Assembly: GCA_963719035.1 (NCBI GenBank)
Contig: CAVRAO010000012.1
Span: 192,001 to 256,000 of the forward strand
DNA: 64,000 bases
Direction of reading: 5' to 3'
Origin: Methanobacteriota archaeon
GTDB taxonomy: Archaea; Halobacteriota; Bog-38; Methanoflorentales; Methanoflorentaceae
Part shown: positions 34,447 to 44,219 of the stretch, one piece after another
Layout: each line of letters opens with the position of its first letter
Numbering within the stretch: the stretch's first letter is position 1
The notes under the pieces: model-generated
Told to the model about the DNA's origin: nothing
Databases searched by the model: none
Seen by the model: only the letters and a program-made list of their open reading frames with translations
Program-made: the position numbers and the translations under genes

Positions 34447-34595
34447 CACGCGCTTAGGATAAAACTTTCTTTATATAATTTTGTAGCTCGAAACGATGTG
34501 ATCTAATTCTGCATCTCATTCTGCACTTGAGTATGTTGTCAGAAGCTGCTAAAGGTTAGCGTAAGTCGCGCCGAACTTAGAGATAATATCTTTAC

Positions 34596-35778
34596 CTAGA
34601 AAATCCACGCACCACTAATCCAGAGGAACATGTTCTGTATCGCAACGACTACGGCGATGACACTGATCGTAGCCGTCTTTGTCCAGTCCTCTGACAACAT
34701 AAATCCAAAAAAGAGGTAGAGCGGAAAGATCGCCGCCACGTAGCGCATAAAAGACATCGGGGTGGACAGCGACAAGAATATAACAAGCAAGCCGAGCGAG
34801 TAAACCGAAAGCGCCGGACTCCTTTTAAGGAGGAAAAGTGCTGCGGCCACAACGAGCAACGTTTCTACGAGGAGAATCGGCATTGCAGAGTAGTTTAACA
34901 CGATCTCAGACAGCCCCTCAAAGCCATAGATCCGCACGTTGTCGAACAGGTTGCTGAGCGTCACTGTGTTATCCCACAGCGCGGCTTCAATGTGTAAGGG
35001 GGCAAGTGGGTCGCCGAACGTATAAAAGTAAAAAAGACACAGCAGTCCCACGCCTACGCAGGTCGCCGCGATAACGCCTAGTTGCTTGATGGCGCGCGAT
35101 GGATCGCGCCGCGACACGTAGTCGCAGAGCGCCTCAATGAGAAAGATTACAAGAATAACCACGCTGACTATGCGCGTAAAGATGGAAAGTATCGCTAAAA
35201 GCGCTGAGAGTCCAAATTGTGCGCGTTTCCAAAAGTAGGTACGCCCCTATCGTGAAGGCGAGGAAGAGGGATTCAGAATAGGAGAGAAGACTGCAAACGG
35301 TGAGCACGGGAAACACCATGTAAGCGAGGCACACGCGCAGCCGGTACTTCTCATTAACGACGAGTGGGGCTAATTTGTAAAGGAAGTAGAGCCCGAGGAA
35401 CGAAAACGCATTGGCAATAATCACCCCTATCCACGGCATTAACGTACCATTGTTAAGGCTGAAGAGCTTGATCAAAAAGGGGAACAACGGCGGGAAAACC
35501 GCTGATTTGGGATAAATGAACGAATACCCCTGAGACGCGATGCCCGTGTATATACCCCCATCCCAGCCTGCGAGGAACGTCGGGTTTTCGAACAGCCTTT
35601 CGGGCTGATACAGTAGGCTCACGCCGATCGCTCCGAGCAGAACGACGGCCTTTATTGCCCCGTACGTCACGAGCGTATTTAATAACCGGTCTTTCGCATA
35701 GTAACGGACAGGGCGTGTAAAGAGGTCTTGCGCACGGCGCACGAAAGCATTGCAACCAGACGAGAGTTGTTGGCTCAT
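34596..35778 (-). CDS. GT-C fold mannosyltransferase (PIG-V/Gpi18-like), frameshift near 35230
   Basis: GWDGGIY..IA.QGY, VFPPLFP, YSESLFL, SFMRY...IFPLY. Confidence 0.82.
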
Positions 35779-36008
35779 GGGCTGCGGATCACAAACAAGC
35801 ACACATTATCCAGCGTGCACTACTTACGCTTGCTTTTTCGAGTAATCGATCGGCGAGGCGCTTACTAATTATTAAGTGCTCTTCTACAGAGGCCGCTGCT
35901 AAGACGTAATACGAATCGCAGATACCCCCCTTAATGGTTGTAATCTACAGTTTGCGCCAGTTTGTCACGCCACCCTCGTTGTATAATCGCCTTGTTGCTT
36001 ATAAGCCC

Positions 36009-36714
36009 CTACCGTCTATAGCGTCTATCTCGCTCGTAATCTCGCTCTCGATCGTACTCGTCATCGCGTCTTCGTCGCATAAGGAGCGCTGCTGCGATGA
36101 TTGCGAGCAGAACAACTGCAATAAGCGCGAGCATGATATACAACGCATTAGACCCAAGTCCGGTAGCAGCTTCGGCCTGTGTAGCGACGTCCTCGATTCC
36201 CCCTTCGATATTGAAGGGAGCTGCCGATGACTGTCCATCTCCGTCGCCATTTACCGAGGCGTCTGCCGAGGCGTCTGCCGAGGCGTCTGCCGAGGCGTCT
36301 GCCGAGGCGTCTACGGCGGTTATGGTTATTGTCCTCGTGTTTGAAGTAGCGCCTAATGAATTAGCAACTAGATAATAAGTGCCCGGATGTTGAGGAGTGA
36401 ACGAGAAAGTAGCGTCTCCTTGCGAATTAGCAACCTTGTTAACGGCCCAATTAGGGTCAGGAGCCGGAGGTCCATTCTAAATTGTACGCCCGCACTACCC
36501 ATTGGCAAGCAGGCTGCAGGGGCTCCGGGACAATCCCTCACGCGTGCGGTATACGTCAACGTGTCGCGTACGTTACCCTGTGTAGACCGGAAAGTTGTAC
36601 CGTCATCTCTGCCGAAACGGGAACCGCCGTTAATCCAACAATGCCAAACACGGTAACGGTCAACATCGAGATCGTTACGAGCGCAGATAATGCACGTTTT
36701 GAATTTGCATTCAT
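36009..36714 (-). CDS. Surface-protein family copy D (Ig-like passenger, DASA stalk), frameshifted
   Basis: MNANSKRALSA...VTVFGIVGLT signal; DTLTYTARV; QAEAATGLGSNAL-TM-LLMRRRRDDEYDRERDYERDRRYRR. Confidence 0.78.
36254..36313. repeat. 12-bp tandem repeat x5 (DASA)
   Basis: CCGAGGCGTCTG x5. Confidence 0.95.
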
Positions 36715-37104
36715 AAATGTCCACCTTCGTTTTTTAAAACTCCCAAATTTTGAATTGATTAAGAATGCGCGCGCTCGGCATAAAGCTTGCGTCATATGAA
36801 TCAGCCACAGGAAAAAGACAACCGCGAACGCGGGGCAAAAGGCTGCAATAATCCACCATAGACGCAAGCGAGGTTCAATCAGCACGTTCGCCTATGCGTC
36901 TAGCAAGTCCTGATCGCTACCCCCTGCGCACACTGTCGCCGTATCGAATTTTGAAGTTTCGGCACTTGCTAGGGCTCAGACGAATCAAATGCTAACAAAA
37001 GAATTAAGCAGATAATCGAGTGCTTAACAACCCTTTATCTGCGACAAAAATGGATTCCGTTTGCAAGCTCTACCAGCGCGGCGAGGGGAGAACAATAATC
37101 ACCC

Positions 37105-37272
37105 TTATTTTTCGACGACGTCCTTTGTCTTTTCGCCTGTTTTTTTAACCTCTTCGCCTGCTTGTCCTGCGACGTCCTTTGTCTTTTCGCCTGCTTCTCC
37201 GGCAACGTCTTTCGTTTTATCAATCGCTCCTTCGGCTTTCTTTTTTAGGTCATCTAGTCCTACTATAGTCAA
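37105..37272 (-). CDS. Small group-3 LEA-like hydrophilin (55 aa; not in ORF track)
   Basis: GLDDLKKKAEGAID-KTKDVAGEAGE-KTKDVAGQAGE-EVKKTGE-KTKDVVEK; GAGGT upstream; start codon uncertain. Confidence 0.75.
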   Translation of the reverse strand: MTIVGLDDLKKKAEGAIDKTKDVAGEAGEKTKDVAGQAGEEVKKTGEKTKDVVEK

Positions 37273-37657
37273 TACCTCTCTTACAATCGCTAAAGCATGC
37301 TTGTTTGTTGCTACAACGTGAGCGCTTACATTCCGTAGTGAACATATGGGCTGCTGGCAGTAATAAAGGTGCGGTGAGCGTTAAGTAATTTTCCCTCGTT
37401 TGGTCATTATCATGCACATCGGAAGGCAAAACTGGTGTGCTGTCTTGTGTCCTAACAGAGATCGATTAAAGTAATCCTGCGATAAGAAAAAAACTTCGAG
37501 CCAACATTTGAAGGGATAGTTGAAAACGAGAAGAACAATGGTGTTAAGAACGATTACGTGAAAGCCCTAAGAGGCATAAATAAGCAATAATTCTCTAATA
37601 CCCAGGCTCGTAGGATCTTCCTTCGCCCAAGAGAGTTCGTTTCCTTTCATCGGTAAA

Positions 37658-37903
37658 TCACCACCAGGAGCGAGGCTCTCCATTTTCCATAAAATGAACA
37701 ATCGACATAAATACATCAATAACACAGGGATCAATCCTTCTTCCTGTGGTTCTGCAAAGCGCGTCATATAGCTCGTAAGGATTTTTTCCAATAAGCTTTT
37801 TCGGATCGTCAATGCCGATCATTCGGAGATCGTCAGCCGTGGCCTTGCCGACATTTGGAAGCTCTTCAAGTTGTGTAATTGTTTTTCTGTCCGGGTTTTT
37901 CAT
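37658..37903 (-). CDS. Helix-hairpin-helix protein (Cdd1 / mitomycin-resistance-like), premature TGA
   Basis: LEELPNVGKATADDL...DPCVIDVF...WW; frame continues FTDERK after the TGA, to 37595. Confidence 0.85.
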   Translation of the reverse strand: MKNPDRKTITQLEELPNVGKATADDLRMIGIDDPKKLIGKNPYELYDALCRTTGRRIDPCVIDVFMSIVHFMENGEPRSWW

Positions 37904-38140
37904 TTGATAGCCTTCCTTGTAGAGGATATTATCTTACGATAGATTAAAAGCCAGCGTAATGCTCGATTTAAGTATGTACGACAACGACGATGTGCAGGGG
38001 TATCTGCCGACCGCAATTCCAGGAAGACGCCCACAAACTCGTGTCAACGAGTACATCAATGCGTACAAATAATGCCGCGGGAACGATCGTTTCTTAAACC
38101 AAGCAAAGCATTATAAGCCATCGCCCTCCGTTTTATGTTT

Positions 38141-38733
38141 ATGAAGCGCACAACGCAAGCGCTTTACGTGATTGTTGCGATTACACTCTTAGTTTCCGCT
38201 TGCGGCTGCTTAACGCAACACGACGTGAACGACACAGCACACGCCACGCAAGCGCCCACGAGCGGGGAATTAACTCCTAACCCGGTCCTCACAACGGGAA
38301 GCTCGTTTGCGTGCATTAACGCGACGCCTAACCGGACAAGTGTTGGCGTCGTTACCAAAGTCGTCGACGGGGATACTATTCACGTGCGCATCGATAATAC
38401 AGATTACACGGTGCGCTATATTGGGATCGACGCGCCGGAAGACACGGCAAAGGGCGAGTGGATGAGCGCTGAAGCGACCACCAGGAACAAAGAACTTGTC
38501 TTAGGTAAAAACGTCACGCTCGTAAAAGACGTCAGGGAAACTGATCGATATAGTCGCCTGCTTCGTTTCGTATTTGTGGGAGATACCCTGGTTAATTATG
38601 AGCTCGTGCGTGAGGGATACGCGCAGGCAAAGCCATATACCCCGACATCTCGTGTAAAGGGACGTTCTATGAAGCCCAACTGTTAGCGCAACAAGAACAC
38701 CGCGTTTTGTGGATCATGCGAGCTGCGTCTTAG
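38141..38733 (+). CDS. Thermonuclease (SNase) family lipoprotein, frameshift near 38643
   Basis: SACGC lipobox; VVDGDT, VRYIGIDAPE, DRYSRLL, LVREGYA. Confidence 0.88.
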
Positions 38734-38775
38734 CGAATCATATTCGTGTGGTCCCGGAAACCAACATTGCTGTTC

Positions 38776-39439
38776 CTATCCTTTTTTCGAGCCGAATAAC
38801 CTGGCCCAGAAGCCAACCTTGGGAGCGGGCAGTCTTAACGTCACGAGCTCAAGCTGCTTCTGGAGTTGTTCTTTATCATTTCTGAGCTCCAAACTGTGGC
38901 TCCGCTCAGCTTGTAAGGTGCTGTCAAGGCTTGTAACCTTCTGCTTCAAAAGCTCGATCTCGTGCTGCAGGCCCGTAATGACGGTATTCTTTGAGGCTTC
39001 TGACGCCTTCAGCTCACTATCAAGCTTATTTGTTATGCTTTCGAGTCGTTCGACGTCTTCTTCCAGCTGTCGCGTCTCTTCGGCCCTTTTTTCGCACTCC
39101 GCGTGAAGCTGCTGCACTTCTGCCTCGTGTTCGTCGACGATCCGCTGGACCCGCTTCTCGTGCTCATCCCGGGCGCGTTGCATGACGTCGGCGCTGCCCT
39201 GACGGAGCTTCTTATGCTCCGCCTCGTGCATTTCTGCGAGCTTTTCTAACTCATACAGCGTGTTTAGTCTTTAGTTCCTCGATAATTACGTCGCAATCCA
39301 CTTCAGACCCCCCAGCGTCCGCATAATGCTGTTCAATATATCTCGCGATAAGCGTTGAGCGTGGAACCCCCTGGTCAGCCACGTCAGCATCAAGATTTTC
39401 AGCAACGGGGTCAGGTAGCGTAATGGTGAATTTCGCCAT
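38776..39439 (-). CDS. Ribbon-helix-helix + coiled-coil + amphipathic-tail protein (split by a 1-nt frameshift near 39255, or two genes)
   Basis: MAKFTITLPD...PRSTLIARYI (CopG-type RHH); long heptad region; C-terminal KVGFWARLFG. Confidence 0.75.
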
Positions 39440-39449
39440 ATATGCCCTC

Positions 39450-39629
39450 ACCGTATCTTCGCTATTTTGCCGCTGTATCACGAGCTACGATAATACAGCG
39501 CTTGTCGCCTTACAATACAGCCACATAAAAAAGATGATACAGCCCTTACTAAAAGCCATCGCAATGTCGCTGTATCGCGACTGTATCATCAAGCTGATAG
39601 ATACAGCCTTAACACACTGATGATACAGC
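39450..39629. repeat. Helically phased array of TGATACAGC-like motifs (iteron/centromere/operator-like)
   Basis: Eight good copies plus one degenerate copy, both orientations, 22- and 11-bp periods. Confidence 0.85.
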
Positions 39630-39794
39630 GCCAAACCGCTAATCTTCAGCTATCCGAATAAAGAAAAGATGTTGATGAGAAGGCACGCAATCGTAAAAAG
39701 CATACTGAGCTGGATACATAGAGCTCTATTTCAAAGCTGGCCATTGGATCATCCATAAAATGATTAGTCGGTCGCACGGCCCTGTGACTTAAAT

Positions 39795-40295
39795 TTATCT
39801 TGTCAATGTGATAATCGTATCGCTAAACGATGGATACAAGCGTATGAGCTCGCTCCTGTCTCCGAGCTCAAAATCTGCAAATTCGAAGCCCGGAGATACC
39901 GTTGTGCCGAGCAGCGCATATGTGCCCCCCTCCGCAAGCCGTGCTCCGTGCCAGGTCCCACGCGACACGACGGTCTGCACCTGCGCGCCGCCCGCAATAT
40001 CGTTGCCAAGCGTCACCACGCATCCAGAACCGTCAGGCAGCAATTGAACGAGTTCGACGGGATCCCCGAGATAAAAGTGATATACCTCGTCCGTTTTGAT
40101 TCGGTGAAGGGCAGAAAACGTTTCTCGCGTAAACAAGTAATAGATTGCCGTTCCATAGTTTCTATTCCCAGTATAGCGTTCGGGCAACGCCTCCTTACCG
40201 ATGATCTCATCCGATCTGTACATCTCTCTGTAGTAGCCTCCCTCAGGATGGGGCTTTAGGCCGAGCAGCTTTACGAGTTTTTCTGCGGTGATCAT
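39795..40295 (-). CDS. Cupin_5 (DUF985) family protein
   Basis: LKPHPEGGYY, TAIYYL, HRI..DEVYHFY.GDP, VSPGFEFADFE. Confidence 0.92.
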   Translation of the reverse strand: MITAEKLVKLLGLKPHPEGGYYREMYRSDEIIGKEALPERYTGNRNYGTAIYYLFTRETFSALHRIKTDEVYHFYLGDPVELVQLLPDGSGCVVTLGNDIAGGAQVQTVVSRGTWHGARLAEGGTYALLGTTVSPGFEFADFELGDRSELIRLYPSFSDTIITLTR

Positions 40296-40492
40296 AACTT
40301 GGAAAAACATTGGATCGGCATGACTTAGCCTTATGCTTGTAATGTTTCCAATCGATTCCACTCACGCTGTGCGTCGTTATGTATACTTTGTTTGGCTGAT
40401 CCAATTGAATAAGATTGGATATTGCTCAGTTTTCATTGATGACATGAACACTGAGCGACATCATTATTACCTTCTCGACGTGATTGCCGGAT

Positions 40493-40927
40493 ATGACAAA
40501 GGCAGAAGAGGCAGTTACGCTTTTTCAGCAAGGTTTCAACTGTGCACAGGCCGTGCTCTCGGTCTTTGCACCGGATTTCGGGATCGACCGGGATATAGCG
40601 CTTCGAATCTCACACGGATTCGGCGCTGGGATTACCCGTACAGACGATACATGCGGGGTTCTCTCTGCGGCGATAATGGCGATCGGCCTACGATACGGCG
40701 GCGTAAGGGCTGATGACATCGCAGCGAAAGAAAAAACCTACGCGGTGGTCGCTGAGTTTCTAAACGAATTTAAAGCACTTTATGGTTCGTTAGCCTGCAC
40801 AGACCTCCTTGGTTACAACCTGTCAGACCCGCAACAGTTCGCTGAGGCGAAGACGCATAAAGTCGTGTTGGAGCGTTGCCCGGCTTTTGTCCGCGGTGCC
40901 GTTGAACTCGTTGAAACACTGATCTAG
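40493..40927 (+). CDS. C_GCAxxG_C_C family putative redox protein
   Basis: GFNCAQAV, GFGAG, TCGVLSA, ACTDLLG, ERC. Confidence 0.9.
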   Translation: MTKAEEAVTLFQQGFNCAQAVLSVFAPDFGIDRDIALRISHGFGAGITRTDDTCGVLSAAIMAIGLRYGGVRADDIAAKEKTYAVVAEFLNEFKALYGSLACTDLLGYNLSDPQQFAEAKTHKVVLERCPAFVRGAVELVETLI

Positions 40928-41119
40928 ATAAACTACATGACCCATATTAGGTAGGAAGGGCAGCGGTGACCACAGTGAGATTTATTCCTTGGACCTAAAG
41001 TCGATTACTGAGCAACGGGCAAAAGCGTAGCACTATGAGTGATGATTGAGAATGTTTTTTTTACGTCCGTAATCCGTTTCCCTAGATAACAGATTCTTTA
41101 TTGAAAGAAGCACGCTGTC

Positions 41120-41986
41120 ATGTTTGTTAGCATGACTACGATGCACCAGCTACAGCCAATGCACAACAATCCATCAGTATCGATCATTATCCCCACCTAC
41201 AATGAGCGGAACTACATACACGAGATCCTCGAGCGAATTCAGCGATCTGTGGAACCATTGAGAGTTCCTTATGAGATCATTATTGTCGATGACGACAGTC
41301 TCGACGAAACTTGGAACGTTGCTTCACATTATTTAGATGGCCACCCCGTACGAGTTATACAAAGAAAAGGGAAAAAGGGACGTGCAGCAGCGATTTTTGA
41401 GGGGATTAAAGCCTCAAATTACATTATTGTCGTTGTCATGGGTGCTGACTTACAACATCCTCCTGAAATTTTACCTAAACTGATCGAAAACGTAAGCGGC
41501 GGGGCGGACATAGTGATAGGCAGTCGCTTTGTCGAGCCAGGCGCTGTGCAACAGCGCGGTTTGTTTGGACGAACCGTTTCTAGAGGTGCTGATTTACTTG
41601 CTAGAACTGCATTCAGGAAGATTCGAAGTATTAATGATGTTGACTCCAGTTTCTTCGCCTTTCGAAAGGACGTTATTGCACACGCGAATCTCAATCCCGT
41701 AGGAAACAAGATTCTGTTAGAGATCCTCGTCCTAGGCAACTATAAGTCGGTATCAGAGATCGCATACAGCGTTGATATGCGAACAGCAGGAGCTCGTTCA
41801 AGCACTTCGAGATTCGCGCCGCGAGCGAAACAGACGAGGCTCGCATCACGCGTCTTTTGCAGCTGGTTTGGAAAGCGAGCAGATAATTTCATCCTTCAAA
41901 AATACGTGGAAACGGCTCCTCCGGGACCGGAAAAACGGTGTTGGTTCTTTAAACGAACGCACTTAAAAAGACAAAAACGGGGCTAA
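41120..41986 (+). CDS. GT2 polyprenol-phosphate mannose synthase (Dpm1-like), degenerate DxD
   Basis: IIPTYNE, VDDDS, MGADLQHPPE, VIGSRF, KILLE. Confidence 0.82.
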   Translation: MFVSMTTMHQLQPMHNNPSVSIIIPTYNERNYIHEILERIQRSVEPLRVPYEIIIVDDDSLDETWNVASHYLDGHPVRVIQRKGKKGRAAAIFEGIKASNYIIVVVMGADLQHPPEILPKLIENVSGGADIVIGSRFVEPGAVQQRGLFGRTVSRGADLLARTAFRKIRSINDVDSSFFAFRKDVIAHANLNPVGNKILLEILVLGNYKSVSEIAYSVDMRTAGARSSTSRFAPRAKQTRLASRVFCSWFGKRADNFILQKYVETAPPGPEKRCWFFKRTHLKRQKRG

Positions 41987-42204
41987 ACAGAGGGCAGCTC
42001 GTTTTTTGAGTGCCCTGGTTTCCGCTTAAAATGGAACTCGCTTAATGTCAGCCTCGCGCACGTTGTCTTCCCACGTCCAAAACCACGCCTCGCACTACAT
42101 AGCACTCAGAAATGGTGGTCGGAAGTTGTAAGCTTTCAACGATGACCGCTTCGTACAAGGTCTAGCGCGCATCATCTCGCTCGCTAACGCGTGACGTGGC
42201 GTGC

Positions 42205-43029
42205 TTATCTCACATCTGCGCTTAAGCGCGTCCCGTTCTTTAGCATGTGAGCGCGCGTGTACAACGTCTTTAACATCTTACTCCCATCATCTAGATTCTG
42301 CTCTACTATCTGCGCGAATGCGCTCCCGATTATCGCCGCGTTCGCCCCGTTGTCGATCACCTGACGGACGTGGGACGGCAACGAAAGCCCGAATCCTACG
42401 GCTAACGGCACTCTTCCTCTTGTGATAGAGGCGGTTCGTTTTATAAACGCGATGCTTTCTTCTTGCACTATGTCGCGCGCGCCTGTAACGCCATTCGCCG
42501 AAACGAGGTACAAGAAACCTGACGAGGCGTTCAACAGCTTTTCGAGTCGCGCCTCCGAAGTCGACTGCGCTGCGAGAAAGATAGTATCAAGACCGTAATA
42601 CATAGCTACCTCTTTATACAGCGTCGCCTCTTCGATAGGAAGATCCGGAGCGATGATACCGTTTACGCCACTTTGTTCAGCTGCGCTGCAGAACGCTTTT
42701 ACGCCCATCTGGTGCACAATGTTATAATACGTCATTACAATTACCGGGACATCGTGCGCCCTCTTTATCGCGCCGGCTATGTCAAAGACTTTTTTAGGGT
42801 TTGTTCCTGCTAGCAACGCCCGCACCGATGCGCGCTGCAACGTTGGACCGTCTGCTATTGGATCGGAGAATGGGATTCCGAGTTCTATGATGTCGGCCCC
42901 GCCGGCAATTAACGCATCGGCAATTTTAACGGTGTGCTTCGGGGTAGGATCACCGGCCATCATGTAAGCGATGAGGCCGCCTTCATTCCTTTGTTTCAAT
43001 TCGCGAAACGTTGCTGCGATGGCGCTCAT
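42205..43029 (-). CDS. trpA: Tryptophan synthase alpha chain
   Basis: [27 protein letters not shown]. Confidence 0.97.
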   Translation of the reverse strand: MSAIAATFRELKQRNEGGLIAYMMAGDPTPKHTVKIADALIAGGADIIELGIPFSDPIADGPTLQRASVRALLAGTNPKKVFDIAGAIKRAHDVPVIVMTYYNIVHQMGVKAFCSAAEQSGVNGIIAPDLPIEEATLYKEVAMYYGLDTIFLAAQSTSEARLEKLLNASSGFLYLVSANGVTGARDIVQEESIAFIKRTASITRGRVPLAVGFGLSLPSHVRQVIDNGANAAIIGSAFAQIVEQNLDDGSKMLKTLYTRAHMLKNGTRLSADVR

Positions 43030-44219
43030 ATGTTTGTCCCCAAGTAACGTGCTACGACCTCGACGTCCTTATCGCCTCTACCCGAAAGCGTAACGACGAC
43101 GACGTTGTCCTTGTCCAAGCTAGGGGCCAGCTCAATAGCGTGAGCAACGGCGTGTGCTGACTCCAAAGCGGGCAGGATACCCTCTGTTCTTGATAGTTCG
43201 AGGAAAGCCTCAAGCGCGTCCACGTCAGTCACGGCACTAAAGAGCACGCGCTTCTCGTCTTTCAAAAACGCGTGCTCGGGGCCAACGCCGGGATAGTCGA
43301 GGCCGGCTGAAATGCTGTGCGTTGCCTGCACTTGGCCGTCGGCGTCTTGGAGCAAGTACGTCAACATGCCGTGGAAAACGCCCTCAGATCCTGCGCATAA
43401 CGAAGCGCCGTGCTTTGCCGTCGCCAGCCCCTCTCCCCCAGCCTCGACTCCGTGCATCGCAACGTTATCGTCAAGGAATGGATAGAACGTGCCGATCGCA
43501 TTGCTGCCGCCGCCGACGCACGCGATAAGCGCGTCGGGGTGACGCCCGACCTGTTCCATCGCTTGCTCGCGTATTTCGCGTCCGATTACGCTTTGGAAGT
43601 CCCGGACGATCATCGGATAGGGGTGGGGTCCCACGACGGAACCGATCAAATAGTGCGTCGTACGCACGTGAGCAGTCCAATCGCGTAGGGCTTCATTGAT
43701 CGCATCCTTGAGGGTCCTCGATCCGAGCTCCACAGGATGTACCGTTGCATTGAGCAGTTCCATTCGGAACACGTTGAGCTTCTGACGCTCTACGTCGTCA
43801 GTTCCCATGTAAACTTCACAGCTGAGTCCAAGTGCGGCACACGCAATAGCAGTCGCGACGCCGTGCTGCCCTGCACCCGTCTCGGCGATAACACGCGTTT
43901 TCCCCATATGCTTTGCCATCAGCGCCTGACCAAGCGTGTTATTAATCTTGTGGGCGCCGCCGTGGGCAAGATCCTCACGCTTGAGGTAGATTCTAGCACC
44001 GCCGAGTTTTTGAGAGAGGTTCTCTGCATAATACAAGGGAGTTGGCCTTCCTGCAAACGTTGACAGGTAACCGCTCAGCTTCTGTTGAAATTCATCGTCG
44101 TTGCAAAGACTTACATATGCAGTTTCGAGTTCTGAAAGTGCCGTTGTCAGCGTTTCGGGGACGAAACTGCCCCCATACTGCCCATACTTGCCTTTGATGG
44201 GGAACTCGCTATAGTTCAT
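43026..44219 (-). CDS. trpB: Tryptophan synthase beta chain
   Basis: [36 protein letters not shown]. Confidence 0.98.
   Translation of the reverse strand: MNYSEFPIKGKYGQYGGSFVPETLTTALSELETAYVSLCNDDEFQQKLSGYLSTFAGRPTPLYYAENLSQKLGGARIYLKREDLAHGGAHKINNTLGQALMAKHMGKTRVIAETGAGQHGVATAIACAALGLSCEVYMGTDDVERQKLNVFRMELLNATVHPVELGSRTLKDAINEALRDWTAHVRTTHYLIGSVVGPHPYPMIVRDFQSVIGREIREQAMEQVGRHPDALIACVGGGSNAIGTFYPFLDDNVAMHGVEAGGEGLATAKHGASLCAGSEGVFHGMLTYLLQDADGQVQATHSISAGLDYPGVGPEHAFLKDEKRVLFSAVTDVDALEAFLELSRTEGILPALESAHAVAHAIELAPSLDKDNVVVVTLSGRGDKDVEVVARYLGTNI

Noticed and set aside
25378-37660. Genome-wide UGA/UAG recoding suggested by several in-frame stops
   Set aside because: TGA and TAG end many normal genes here (uvrC, otsB, uvrB), and the interrupted positions appear to correspond to different amino acids.
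27293-39629. Tandem repeats as CRISPR arrays
   Set aside because: They are in-frame coding repeats or 9-bp motifs without 30-40 bp unique spacers, and no cas genes are present.
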